Positions 1 through 16,759 of a stretch of DNA of 64,000 nt are shown here, one piece after another. The number at the start of each line of letters is the position of its first letter. Positions within the stretch are counted from its first letter, which is position 1. Location of the stretch: the NCBI RefSeq assembly GCF_009914755.1, contig NC_060939.1; one strand, 5' to 3'. Under the pieces are notes generated by a model. That model saw only the letters and a program-made list of their open reading frames with translations. It made no database searches and was not told the DNA's origin. Made by a program: the position numbers and the translations under genes. Source of the DNA: the human T2T-CHM13v2.0 reference genome, Homo sapiens.

Positions 1-928
1 TTCATTTCCATAATTATCCCCTATTTATTTTAGAGATGTTATCCCCTCTAAAAGGGAGACATGTAAGTAAGTATGGTTATTGCTATCCACTTTTACAGTT
101 TTTATTCTAACAGTCTTCCTGAAATGCAAATAACTCCTATATGTTGGAAAAATTAAAGAAAGGTCAAGTGTAGGTCACAAATATTAATACAATAATTGAC
201 TAAACTATACAAACAGAAAAAGTATTGCTGATAGATACACTTTAGAATATATGTAATTAAAATCAGAACTACTCTCAGAAAGAGACTTTTAATCTTGTAT
301 TGAAATGCAAGTTAATTCAAGAAAAGGCCTCATACCTGCATTAAAAGACAGACAAATGATGTAATATTTAACTTGTTTTAAGTTAAAATGCTAAAAGATA
401 CAAGTATCATTTTCCATGATTCCTGATTTGGGTAACTGGTTTTTCCATTAACCAACCACACCAGATAAAAGCTCTACTTTATAAAGATAGTTGGTATCAA
501 AGCAAGAATTTTTGAGGCTAGATTACTTCAAGATCAGATCTTTCAGAGTCATTTACAAAGAGAATACCTGAGACCCAAGCCTGATATAATTTTACAGTCG
601 ACTTTTAAATCCTGTAAATGGTCAGAATTCCCGAGATTTTTAGTTGTTCCAATGAAGTCTAGGAAGGAATCCAATAAGCCTCATAAATAAGAACTATAGA
701 ATGCACCAAAATAGCACAGTAATAATAATTTTAGAAGCTCAAGAGTTGGAATGTACCTTGGAGAGAGGGGTAGAAAAGAAATGCCAGGAGAAATAGAGAA
801 AATATAGGTATCCATTAGGCAAAATGTATGTGATCTTAGCAAATAAAAAATAAAATGTGAATGCAATTTTGTCCAATAATATAGGAAAATGATGAGTATT
901 TCAAATAAACTATTGCATATTCATGAGT

Positions 929-1462
<534 letters not shown>

Positions 1463-2310
1463 TAAATTAGAATTGCTTCTCCAAGTAATGTTAACATAAT
1501 ATACATAATTATAAATAACTTCACAGAGAGATTATACAGTCCAAGTGTTTATACATATACTTTGTTAACTATGAAGTGTATAGTTATGTAGATCGCTAGC
1601 ATCGTTAGGTTTCACTAACTCTGCACCAAATTTAGTATATCCAAAAACATGAAAATTTTTTATGTTATAATAAATTAGTGATTCATATCACACTTGGTTC
1701 CCAAGGAAAGTGCCATCTTATTATTACTTTATTTTGGCATTTTTGGGAGTTACTTTTATCCATTATTTCTTACTATGAATTATATTTGTATCTCTAAGGA
1801 CCAAATCATTGCTCAGGCAAGTTATAGATGCAAGACACAAGTTATTATTTTTAAAGCATTTCTATTTTTTTTTTATAAGAACCAAAGTGACAAGTATCTG
1901 AATAAGAAACTGATGTATTTAAGGCTCTGTGGAGCCAAACATTACATATGTTTTATAAAAGAGTAGCTTTTAAGCTTAAGATTTGATCAAAGGTGCTGGT
2001 GAAGAAACTTATTGACCCATTTAAAAATCTTTCCTATAGAATGAAAAACATTTTTTAAAAATCCACCACTAAATGGGTTCACAGGCAAAACTTAGAGCAT
2101 ACCGTCTGATAAATTACTTTTCCCATGATATGTAAATTTATCTACACAAGAACTTTTAGGATGATATAAAATTGAGACTAATTTAATTGTATGTGGAGTA
2201 CAAACTATGCTTATTGAGAATAATAAAATTAGAAGGAATTGAGACTATCTTTATTTTATAACCAAACCTTGACAGTCTTGACTGGTACTGTCATAAAAAT
2301 TCTTAACCAT

Positions 2311-2400
2311 CTTTGTATTAGTGATTGTTTGAACTTATTATTGATGTGTTCCTCCTTTGTATTAGTGATTGTGTGAACTTATTATTGATATGTGTTCCTC
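2311..2400. repeat. Two-copy tandem duplication (44 and 46 bp)
   Basis: ctttgtattagtgattgt[t/g]tgaacttattattga(ta)tgtgttcctc occurs at 2311-2354 and 2355-2400. Confidence 0.95.
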
Positions 2401-2495
2401 ATTGAAACCATGTTTCCACAGTTCCATATCTAAAAATGTCCCATAAAAGAGAAGGCCAGGAAAATTTGCAATACTTTGTGTGAAAAGAGAGATAA

Positions 2496-3255
2496 ATGAA
2501 GTTCAATTTATTTATTTTTAATTTTGTTGCTTTTTTGGTGTCATATCTAAGACTCATTCCTAAATCAAGGTCACGAAGAGTTACTCCTGTTTTCTCTGAG
2601 ATTTTTATATTTTTAGCTATTATATTTAAGTATATAATCCATTTTGAGTTAAATTTTGTATATTGTGTGAGGTACAAGTCCAACTTTATTCTTTTGTAGG
2701 TGAATACCCCAGTTGTCACAGCAGTGCTGAAAAAATCATTCTTTTTACATTGAATGGTCTCAACATTCTTCTAGAAAATCAATGACCCATGAATGTGAGA
2801 TTTATTACTGGACTCTCCAGTCTATTTCATTTACCTATATGTTTACCCTTATGCCAGTACCACATTGTCTTGATTAATGTGGCTTTGTAGCAAGTTTTGA
2901 GATCAGGAATTGTGAGTCTTCCAACCTTGTTCTTCCTTTCTCAACAGTGATTTGGTTATTCTTGTTCCCTTGCATTTCCATATGAATTTCTACACCATTC
3001 TCAAAACAGGTAGCTAGAATTTAATAGGCATTGTGTTGCATTTGTAGACCATTTTGGGGAGTATTGTATTAACAATATTAAATCTTCCAATACATTAGCA
3101 TGGGAGGTTTTTTCATTCATTTAGGTCTTCTATACTTTCTTTCAATACTGGTTTGTAATTTTCAGTGGATAAGCCTTATCTTATCCACTTTTGCTAATCT
3201 ATTCCTAAGTATCTTATTTGTTTTCATGGTATTGTAAATGGGGTGGTTTTCTTTT
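2496..3255 (-). mobile_element. Old L1M ORF2 fragment, antisense
   Basis: The minus ORF 2399-2719 has ORF2-like text (KLDLYLTQYTKFNSKWI), and the DNA resembles degenerate antisense L1 ORF2. Boundaries are approximate. Confidence 0.8.
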
Positions 3256-6017
<2,762 letters not shown>

Positions 6018-6810
6018 GGATGATTTTAGACATAATCCAGCAGAATCCTCTGGATTACAAGGTAGAGACTCTTTTCTCACCCCTTACTTTCTCCCAAACA
6101 GGGTTTCTTTCTCCATTCTGAGCCACCTGAAGCTGGAGCTGGAGTGACACATGTACCACTGTGGCCACCACCACTATGATTGTACTGGGTCAGACCTGAA
6201 GCCGGCACAGCACTGGGTCTTGCTCAAGGCCGGCTGTAACCACTCCCTGGCTACTGCCTATGTTTGCTCAAGGCCCCAGGGCTTTACAATCAGCTGGTGG
6301 CAAAGCCATCCTGGCCTATTTCCTACCCTTCAGGGTGTTGAGGTACCCCAGGCCCTGGGTGGGTCCAGAGGTGCCATCCAGGAGTCAGGAACTAGTGTCA
6401 AAAACCTTAGAAGTCTAACTGGTATTCTATTGTATTACAGCTGAGCTGGCACTCAAACCACAGGACCTCTCTTTCTTCCCCTTTCCAAAGGCAGAGGCGC
6501 CTCACCCCATAGCCACTGACACCCCAGGCCATGGGGAGTACTGCCAGACTACTACCTAAGTTCCCTTAAGGCCCACAAGCTCTTCAGTCAGTTTGTGGTG
6601 AATGCTGCCTGGCCTGGGCCTCACCCTTCAGGGCGGCGTGCTCCCCTCTGTCCAAGGGCAGGTCCAGAAATGCTGTCCAAGAGTCAAATCCTGGAACTGG
6701 GGACCCCAAGAGCCCACGTGGTGCTCTGCCCTGCCATGGCTTTGCTGGTACCTAAGGTGAAGACAAAGTCCTCTTTACCTTTCCCTCTGCTTTTCTCAAG
6801 CAGGAGTTTT
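6018..6810 (-). mobile_element. L1M1/L1M2-type 5' UTR segment, antisense, abutting the ORF2 piece
   Basis: GC-richer block with motifs of L1MA-era 5' regions (cagcactgggtcttgctcaaggcc; tcagtcagtttgtggtgaatgctgcc; ccagaaatgctgtccaagagtc). Confidence 0.7.
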
Positions 6811-7005
6811 GCGTTGATTAAAAAAAAATATATTTAATAAAATGTAATATTCATTCCAAATGAAACACTAAGTAAACCCATAAAAGAAGGTTATGTCTCT
6901 AACATGCTAAAGAAATCATCTTGAAATAAAAATTCAAAATATTACTTAAATGCAGAATAATTTGATGCATGCCATTAAAATCAGGGACAAAGTTTGGATT
7001 CTTTC

Positions 7006-7985
7006 TATGGTAGTTATGTAAATTGGCTCATTTAACATCCACTTCAAAGACCTTTACTTTTTTTTCTACTTTATTTTTTTTCTGCCCTTTATTTTTTTCT
7101 ACTCAAGCTAAACACTTGAGCTACTTAACTCCTCTGAATTGGATTTGATTTGATTTAATTGGCCCCTTGTGACACAGCTGTGGTCAATGAAATGTCGGCA
7201 GAAGCCCCTTGTGTTAGTCCATTCTTGCATTGCTGTAAAGAAACACCTGAGGCTGGGTAACTAATAAAGAAAATAGGTTTAATTGGATTATGGTTCTGCG
7301 GGATGTACAAGAAACATAGTGCCAGCATCTGCTTCTGGTGCACGCCTCAGGGAGATTACAATCGTGGTAAAAGGCAAAGGAGGAGCCCATGTGTCATCTG
7401 GTGAGAAACGAAGCAAGAGCAAGGGGGAGGGGAGGTGTCATGCATTTTTAAACAACTGATCAACTGATCTCACAGGAACTCAGAGCAACAGCTCACTCAT
7501 CACCACAGGGATGGTGGTAAGCCATTCATGAAGGATCTGCCCCCGCCTCCTGGTCCAAGTATCTCCCTCTAGGCCCATCTCCAACACTGGGGATTATATC
7601 TCAACATTAGATTTGGAGGGCACACATATCCAAATCATATCACCCCTGGGGAAGGTTTTATTTCCTAAATAAAAAGGCAAAACCTGATAAAGAAAAGGCT
7701 TACTATATGCCTGGTGTCCTTTCTCTTTTGTCCTGTGTGGCTGGAATGCCAGGAGATACAGCAATTATCTTGTGACAATATAAAAGTAACATGCTAAGGA
7801 TGCTGAAGCAGGAGGACATAAGAAACATGGTTCCTTGGTGACATCCATGAGAAGTAATAGCTACCTTTATATTTCTTCTCATGTAAAAATTATTTTTTGT
7901 TATGTAAAATATTAACTCTTTACTTGCTTCAGTGATATTTATAAGGTACTTTGTATTTGCCAGTAGCTGAAATTTTAGTAGATAT
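7006..7985 (+). mobile_element. MLT1-type MaLR LTR, interrupted by MST
   Basis: MLT1-like motifs (tgtgacacagctgtggtcaatgaaatgtcggcagaag; catgctaaggatgctgaagcagga; ggttccttggtgacatc) lie on both sides of the MST. Confidence 0.6.
7210..7642 (-). mobile_element. MST (MSTB-like) MaLR solo LTR
   Basis: TG...CA termini (tgtgttagtccattc...caaatcatatca) with a 5-bp TSD CCCCT at 7205-7209 and 7643-7647. Confidence 0.9.
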
Positions 7986-9586
7986 TCCCACCATCACAAC
8001 TGTTATTTAACACTGCTCTGTAAATCCTAACCAATGCAGTAAGCCAATAAAAATAAATAAGAGGTGTAAATATTAGAATGAGGAAGACAACACTAATTGT
8101 TTTTTGTTTTTACACGTGATATTATGGTCTTCCAAGCAAACACAAGATAATCATTTTAATAAGCATTGTTAAGTAGGAGAGTTTAGTTGCAAATTACAAA
8201 TACATAAAAATTTATCACTGTTATAAATGTCAGCAGTTGACCAGTTAGACAATAAAATATTTTAAAATCTCATGCCTAATTTTAAAATATGTGAAATATG
8301 TAGGAAGAAATTATTTAAGAAATGTTTAGGACCTAGATGCAGAACATTACAAACTAAAGATACACATGATATTTCTAAATGTATAGAATAAAAATTATGA
8401 AGGTATAAGTTCTCCCCCAAATAAATTATAAATATTAAATACAATTCTAAACAATCTATATATGATTGTTTGGTGGGGAGGGGAACAGGGCAAACTTATT
8501 CTAAAGTGCAAATTAAAAATTTTAGTATAGGTACAATATGCAGGAAGTAGTGAAAAAAGTCATGATAGAAGAATTATACTGTCAGATATTAAAATGTATA
8601 AAACAATAATGATTGAAATAATATGGTGTGGACATAAAATTAGGTATTGCAATCATTAGGGAAGAGTAACATAATTTATAGTTTCAAGCAAATATTAATG
8701 CGTTTACTATTTAGCAAATGTGACATTCCTAATCATTAAGAAAAGATGAATCATTGAATAAAAAGAAATAAGGCAAATGTTAACTGTTTAGGAAAAAGTA
8801 AATTTGATCTCTACCACACCACATATTGAAATGAAATTTCTTTCCCTTTTTTTCTTATTCTCCCCATATTCATGTAGAAATGACTTGTCCACTTACAAAG
8901 GTACCTAAATACTGCAAAAGTAGCATGCAATTTAAGTGTAATGAAAGGACAGAGAAAAGCAGAAGTGGCAACAAAATGGGCCAGGAATCATTCTCAAAAT
9001 GCATATTGTTTTTAACAGCTAACTTAATAAACAAGGACATCTTATTCATTACACTCTTCACAGTGTCTATGAGATAAAAAAGAACAATCACTGTGAAGAT
9101 TCCCAGCTAGCTATTCTTGTTACTAGGGTAAGATGGAGCTCTCCTTTTTTATGGAGGCCTTATAAAGAAAAGACTCTATGGGTAGCTGATAAAGGTTTTG
9201 AGAATATCTTTACCATAATGAGAATGAAATTCACAACCTTTTAAAAAGCAACAATCATAGGTAGATGCTGAGTACAATTTTAAAAAGCCATTAAACTCAG
9301 AAGCAAGGTTTAAGTTCTCATTGTGGTAGAAATGTAAATCGGTTCATTTAACATTTACTTCAATCTCCTTGTCTTTTTTTCCTACTTTGTGCTGTCGTGC
9401 ATAAACATTTTGAGGTGTTCCATTCTTGTGTAATCTTAGCTCCCTAACAAAGAATAAACAGTTGATGGACTGGAAAATTAAATCTGGATTAAAAAAAGCA
9501 GAACAATATATAAACTAGAAAAAATATATGTATAGGTGGTGGAGAAGTCTACAAAAGATGAGATTACACAGTAAAACATTAATATA

Positions 9587-9940
9587 CAGGCATATCTTGT
9601 TTAACTGCACTTTATTGTACTTCACAGATATTGCTTTTTTACAAATGGAATGTTCACGGAACTCTGTGTAGAGCAAGTCTGTTGTTGCCATTTTTCCAAC
9701 ACCTGTGTTCACTTCCTGTCTCTGTGTCAGCATTTTTTAGCAGTAAACTATTTTTAAATTAAGGTATGCACTTTTTATTAGACAAAATGCTATTATACCC
9801 TTAAGAGACTACAATATAGTATAAACATAACTTTTATATACACTGGGAAACCAAAACATTTGTGTGACTCACTTTGTTGCAATATTTGTTTTATTGCAAT
9901 GGTCTTACACAAAGCCTGCAATATCTCTGAGGTATGCCTA
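9587..9940 (+). mobile_element. Internally deleted Tigger1 DNA transposon (MITE-like, 354 bp)
   Basis: Termini CAGGCATA.../...GAGGTATGCCT with TA on both flanks (9585-86, 9941-42). The left and right Tigger1 ends join near 9728. Confidence 0.9.
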
Positions 9941-10689
9941 TATTTTATTATGTAAAAATTCAAAAGTCCTGCTAGGCAAAAAGTACAGTCCCACAAAATG
10001 AAAACTGGCAAAAAATATTTCTAACAGAATGACAGATGAAACAAAAACCTCAGTAGATAACAGATGACGGACATAAGAAGTAAGTTATAAAAAAGGAATA
10101 CGATTGGCAAATAATTTTTTAATTTCACCAGAAACTAAAGCAATCAAAGAAATGCTGATATGCTATTTAAAGACAAACAAAGAAAAAGATAATGTGCCAG
10201 GTTGTTGAGACTCATAATCTCACGTGCTAATGATGGGCCATAGTTTTCTCTACCATTTGTCATACTCCCCCCAAATACAGGAGACACCTGGCTTTGAATG
10301 AGGAGCCAGCAGCTTCTGTTTCTTGGTTTAACATCCCAATGTGTTCCTCACTGGGACTGAGGGAAAAAGTATTCCAAAGTTACTTCTGTCCTCCTAAGGA
10401 ATTCTCTTGATTCCTCAACATTCCTCTTTGCCATGTTTTATAGGTTCAAGGTGGGTTAATATCCTGCAAGGTAGGACTTCTCTTTAGGATGTACCTATTA
10501 ATGTCATCAGCCTTTAAGAATTCAGAAGAAACTAGAACAGAAACAGCCTCATTTTAACATCCATTACACAGTTCAAGCGGATTTGTGTTACAACCAAAAA
10601 AACTTTGACTAAGAAACTTGTATGAACTCCTCAATTTCTCAAGGGTATTTTACTCTTTGAGCACTAGTAGCAAAAACTGCTATATATTA

Positions 10690-10910
10690 TCACTCATTCT
10701 ATCCATATTCATTCATTACAAAAGTGCCTACTGAGTGTTAATTATGCTCAATGCCTGGAATACAAGGATGAAGACAGGGCTCACTGTCTGTGGGGATGGG
10801 GTGGGGACGAGTCTCAGATGTATTCTTAGGTAGCTGCAATGCAACATAATAGCTCTATAGCATAAAAACAATATGGAAGTGCCACAGGAACACAGCGATC
10901 CTCTTAGTTG
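10690..10910 (-). mobile_element. L2 3' remnant
   Basis: attcattcatt...ctactgagtg...tgcctggaatacaaggatga matches an antisense L2 tail pattern. Confidence 0.6.
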
Positions 10911-11294
10911 TTGATCACTTGGGAATTTCAAGGAATTGGAAAACATTCTTGTGTGTGTGACTTTCCTACCAACAGAATTAAACAGTCATATTATACCAGA
11001 TTGGCATTGTTTTCATTCTGCTACTCAAAGTATAAATAAGCTGTGGCACAAAAATGCCTTATAAACTGTTCTGCTGTGACTAGTAATAGTTAAGATTATA
11101 GATCCAAGATTTAAAATGACAACAATATGTACTAAAGTATTAATAATTCCCTTAAATATTTCTCCTTATCTTATTTTCTTGCTGTGTTTTATATGTTCTT
11201 TATAATTACTTTGACAAGATTTTTAATTGATTGGGACATTTATTGGAACAATATTTTATATGTATGATTCAATACATACTATTCTGTTTTTCAG

Positions 11295-11429
11295 ACCATG
11301 GCTCCAGTTTTTTTCCATGAAAAACATTTCAATTATATTCAAAGTGAATGGCCCACCAATGGCAGAGAATTTCAGGACCTTGCTCTTCCTGTAAAACGTG
11401 CTCTAATAGCATTTGAGTCTTCTCTGAAG
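11295..11429 (+). other. Candidate unannotated exon or start of an 81-aa small ORF (11298-11543)
   Basis: Acceptor attctgtttttcag| is followed directly by ACCATGG. A donor-like AAG|gtatct gives a 135-nt open, frame-preserving exon. No recognised homology. Confidence 0.3.
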
Positions 11430-11600
11430 GTATCTCCTAAGACAATGTCACTCAAGGGTTTTGGAGGTTTGGAGAAAGGTTTGGCAAGGTTTCTTATCAG
11501 GGCAGGTTTTCTCCTCTCCTATTTATTAGGAGAGTGGATCTAACTCCATCTTGACCAATTGTTTAAAGTACATTCATGTAACCTTAACCTGCATTTCTGA

Positions 11601-11859
11601 TGCAGAGTAGTATATTAGTTAAGCACATAGGCTTTGGAGTCAGACGGACACAAATTTAAATGCCAGCTTTGCCATTTGTTGATTAAGTGACCTTAGGCAA
11701 ATTAATTCCTTTAAGCCTGTTTCCTCAAACATAATTTGGAGATTATAATAATTACCTTATAAACTTGGTAAGTGGATAAAATGAGAATATATATGCAAAA
11801 ACACAGTGTCTGGCATATTGTAAAGGTTGTATAAATGGTAATCAATATTGTTATTAATA
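11601..11859 (+). mobile_element. MIR SINE, near full length
   Basis: ggctttggagtcagac...gtgaccttaggcaaatt...gtttcctc...cagtgtctggcata...ataaatggta follows the MIR consensus order. Confidence 0.8.
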
Positions 11860-14800
11860 AAAGGGGTTCTAAGCCTTAAAACAAAAGCCCAATACGCACC
11901 AAAATAGAACCTCTTGAAAGCTTAAAACTCACTGGGTCTATAAAACAGTAACACAATGAAAAAAAAAAAAACTAGGTAATAACATGATGAAGAGAACAGC
12001 ACCTTACATCTCAATATTAATGTTGACTGTAAAAGGCCTAAATACTCCACTTAAAAGATACAGAATGGCAGAATGGATAAAAAAATCACAATAGAAATAT
12101 CTACTTCAAGAGACTCACCTAACATGGAAAGATTCAAATAAACTCAAGGTAAAAGTGTGTAAAAAGGTATTCCATGCAAATGGAAACCAAAAGTGAGCAG
12201 GAGTAGCTATTCTTTTATCAGACAAAACAGACTTCAAAGCAACAACACTAAAAAAAGAAAGACAGTCCCTATTATATTGATAAAAGGATCAATTCAACAA
12301 GAAGAGATTACAATCCTAAATTTATATGTACCAAACACTGAAGCATCTACATTTATAAAACAATCACTATTAGACCTAAGAAATGAGATTGACAGCAAAA
12401 CAATAATAGTGGGAGACTTCAGTGTGCCACTGACAGCACTAGCAGATCTTCAACACAGAAAGTCAACAGAGGAACAGTGGACTTAAATGACATGCTAGAA
12501 CAAATGAACTTAAAGATATTTACAGATCATGCTACCCAAGATTTCCAGAATACACATTCTTCTCATGAGCACGTGGAACATTCTCCAAGACAGACCATAT
12601 AATAGGCCATAAAACAAATCTCAATAAATTAAAAAAAAAAATCAAAATTATATCAAGTATCTTCTCAGGCCACAGTGGAATAAAGCTAGAAATCAACTCC
12701 AAAAGGAACCCTCAAAACTATACAAATACATGGAAATTAAATAAGCTGCTTCTGACTGATATCTGGGTTAACAATGAAATCAAGATGGAAATTTAAAAAT
12801 TATTTGAATTGAATGATGATAATGACCCAAGTTATCAAAACCTCTGGAATACAGCAAAAGCAGTGCTTAGAGGAAAGTTTATAGTGCTAAATGCCTACAT
12901 CAAGAAGTCTGAAAGTGCCCAAATTGATGACCTAATGTCACACCTCAAGGAACTAGAGAAACGAGAACAGACTAAACCTGAAGCTAGAAGAAAAGAAATA
13001 ACACAGATCAGAGCAGAACTAAATAAAATTCAAACAAACAAAACAATACAAAAGATCAATGAAACAAAAAGCTGGTTCTTTGAAAAAAATAAACAAAACT
13101 GATAGACCATTAGCTAGATTAACCAAGAAGAGGGAAGATCCAAATAAGCTCAATTAGAAATGAAACTGGAGACATTACAACCAACACCACAGAATTACAG
13201 AAACAATCATTCAAGACTATTATGAACACCTTTATGTGCACAAACTAGAAAACCTAGAGGAAATGGATGAATTCCTGGAAACATACAATCCTCCTAGATT
13301 AAATCAGGAATAGAAACCTTGAAAAGACTAATAAGAAGCAGTGAGATTGAATCAGTAATTTAAAAATTGTCAACAAAATAAAAGCCCAGGACCAGATGGA
13401 TTCACACCTGAATTCTACCAGACATTCAAAGAATTGGTACTAATCCTACTGAAACTATTCCAAAAGATTGAGAAGGAAGGAATCCTCCCTAAATCATTCT
13501 ATGAAGCTAGTATCATTCTGATACCAAATCCAGGAAAAGACACAACAAAAAAAGAAAACTACCGATCAATTTTCCTTATGAACATAGATTCAAAAATCCC
13601 CCCCAAAATACTAGCTAAACAAATCCCACAGGATATCAAAAAGGTAATTCATCATGGTCAAGTGGGTTTCATCCCAGGGATGCTGGGATGGTTTAATATA
13701 CGCAAGTCAGTAAGTGTAATACATCACATAAACAGAATTAAAAACAAAAACTATATTATTATCCCAATAGATGCAGAAAAAGCATTTGATAAACTACAGC
13801 ATCCCTTTATAAGAACCAGGCATAGAAGGCACCTATATCAAAATAATAAAATCCATATATGACAAACCCATAGCCAACATCTTATTGAATGGGGAAAAGT
13901 TGTAAGCATTTCCCCTGAGAACAGAAACAAGACAAAGATGATCACTTTCACCACTCCTGTTCAACATAGTTCTGCAAGTGCTATCCAGACCAATCAGGCA
14001 AGAGAAAGAAATAAGGGACATTGAAACTGGAAAAGAGGAAGTCCAACTATCACTGTTTGCAGATGATATGACTGTGTACCTAGAACATCCTAAGTACTCC
14101 TCCAAAAGACTCTTAGATTTAATAAACGAATTCAGTAAAGTCTCAGGTTTCAAAGTCAATGTACAACAATATCATTGTTGATGTATAGCATCAAGCTGAG
14201 AATCAGATCAAGAACGTGATCTCTTTTATAAGAGCTGCAAAAAGGAAAAAATAAATAAAATACCTACGAATATATTTAACTATGGAGGTGAAAGATCTCT
14301 ACAAGGAGGACTACAAGACACTGCTGAAAGAAATTATAGATGACAGAAACAAATGAAAACACATTTCATGCTCATGGATTGGAAGAATCAATATTGTGCA
14401 AATGATCATACTGCCCAAAGGAATCTACAGATTTAATACAATTCCCATGAAAATACCAACATTGTTTTTCACAAAATTAGAAAGAACAATCCTAAAATTC
14501 ATATGGAACCAAAAAAGAGCCCAAATAGCCATAGAAATCCTACGCAAAAAGAACAAATTTGGAGGCATCACATTACCGGACTTCAAATTATACTATAAGC
14601 CTGCAGTTACTAAAACAGCATGATACTGATACAAAAGTGGGCACCTAGACCAAAGGAACAGAATAGAGAACCCAGAAATCAAGCCAAATACTTACAGCCA
14701 ACTGACCTTCAATAAAGTACACAAAAATATAAGTTAGGGAATTGATATCATTTATTACATTAAATGGTGCTAGGAAAACTGCCAAGCCACACATTGAAGA

Positions 14801-16019
14801 ATGAAACTGGATTCCTATCTCTCACCTTATACAAAAATCAACTCAAGATGAATCAATGAGTCAAATATAGGACCTGAAACTATACAAATTCTAGAAGACA
14901 ACGTTGGAAAAACTCTTCTAGACACTGACCTAGGCAAAGAATTTATAACAAAGATCCCAAAAGCAAATATAACAAAAACAAAAATAAACAAATGAGACCT
15001 AATTAAACTAAAAACCTTCTGCACAACAAAAGAAATAATTGACAGAGTAAACAGAAAACCCACAGAATGGGAGAAAATATTTGCAAACTACACATCCGAA
15101 AAAGGACTAGTATCCAGAATGTACAAGGAACTCAAACAAATTACCAAGAAAAAATACAAATAATTCCATTAAAAAGTGGGCAAAGGACATGAATAGACAT
15201 TTCTTAAAAGAAGATATACAAATGGTCAATAAATATATGAAAAAGTCCTCAACATCAGTAATCACCAGGGAAGTGCAAATTAAAACCACAATGAGATATC
15301 ACAATGAATTCTGAAAGAATGGCCATTATTAATAAAAAGTCAAAAAACAATAGAGGTTGGCATGGATGTGGGAAAAAGGGAACACTTATTCACTATTGGT
15401 GGGAATGTAAATTAGTACAACCTCTATGGAAAACTGTAATGAAGGTCCCTTGAGGAATTAAATATAGAACTACCATTTGATCCAGCAATCCCACTGTGGG
15501 GTATCTACCCAAAGAAAGAAGTCATTATATGAAAAAGACACTTGCCCATGTATGTTTATAGCAGCACAATTCACAATTGCAAAGATGTAGAACCAACCTA
15601 AGTACCCATCAACTAATGATGGGATAAAGAAAATGTGGCACATACACACCATGGACTACTCAGCCATTCAAAGGAAATTACCTCTTTTGCAGCAACTTAG
15701 ATGGAGCTGGAGGCCATTATTCTAAGTGAAGTAACACAGGAGTGGAAAACTGAAAACCATATGTTCTCACTTTTAAGTGGGAGCTAAGCTACCAGTATGC
15801 AAAGGCATACAGAGTGATATAATAGATTTTAGAGACTCAGAGCCGGGAGGGTGAGAGGAGGGCTAGAGATACAAAACTACACATTAGGTAAAATGTATGC
15901 TACTTGGGTGATGGGTGCACTAAAATCTCAGAATTCAGCACTATGTAATTCATCCATCCATGTAAAAAAAAAACCATTGTACCTCAAAAGCTATTGAATT
16001 TTTAAAAAGAAGAAAAAAG
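11860..16019 (+). mobile_element. L1PB-type LINE-1, 5'-truncated (end of ORF1, disrupted ORF2, 3' UTR)
   Basis: Multiple ORF2 fragments in the ORF track and an L1PB-type 3' UTR (gcaaaggcatacagagtgatataatag...gggtgcactaaaatctcagaattc). 14-bp TSD TATTGTTATTAATA at 11846-11859 and 16020-16033. Confidence 0.92.
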
Positions 16020-16348
16020 TATTGTTATTAATATTATTTCTTAAGGGATATAAATGCAAACTCACTATTAGTTCATACATATAAAAGCTTTGTTGAGAGA
16101 ATATATATTTAGGAGTAACTTTTATCCCTTTCTTTAGGAAAGCTGAAACAATTCCTGAATTAAGGTAGACCAATAAAGAGCTATGTATCAGAACTGATTT
16201 TTCCTAGCCACTGGTAGAACCATTTTTACCAGCTTTTGCCTTGTCTTTATGCCCTTGGTCAACATCGTGCAATGTCATAGACTCAGTTCTGGCCGTATTT
16301 TCTATGTCAACATAACTCATTACTTTACGCAGTGCTTCTCTATGGAGA

Positions 16349-16759
16349 GTGTGGTAATCAGTTGGGCTGTTCAGAAATATTCACCTTTTCATCCTTCCAA
16401 GGCACAAGGTTGGACTGCAAACTGTCTTTAAGTTCATTGAAGATAAGTATGAACACGGGGCTTGCTCTGGGAAATGAAATGAAGAAATTTGAGCTCAAAT
16501 GAAATGTGTCTTTTCCGAGTGGAAGCTTTAAGAACCACTATACGGGCCACCCAATTCTCTTCCACCTGCTGCACTGATTATAAATGAGATGAAGTCTCCT
16601 TTGGCTTGTATGTATGAGTTACTGTGGTAGATAGAGACCCCATCTTATATGCAATGGACACACAGTGTGAGTGAAAAATAAGCCTTTGTCAGCATAAGCC
16701 ACTAAGATTTTACTAATGTTTGTCACTATAGCATAATTCTGTCTATCCTGTTTGATATA
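16349..16759 (+). mobile_element. MLT1 (I/J-like) solo LTR
   Basis: Motifs gtggaagctttaagaacca and tgtgagtgaaaaataagcctttg...taagccactaagatt...tatcctgtttgatata. Confidence 0.7.

Larger units (their letters stand above)
6830..8830 (+). mobile_element. Highly degenerate ancient L1M ORF2, interrupted by MLT1 and MST LTRs
   Basis: RT-region similarity runs on both sides of the LTR: aaaatcagggacaaag at ~6980 continues as ccatcacaactgttatttaacactgctctgtaaatcctaacc at ~7990. Confidence 0.55.

Noticed and set aside
12193-15652. Many 60-140 aa ORFs
   Set aside because: They are sense or antisense fragments of disrupted L1PB ORF2. The same applies at 3.5-5.6 kb, 28.9-32.2 kb and 42.7-44.8 kb.
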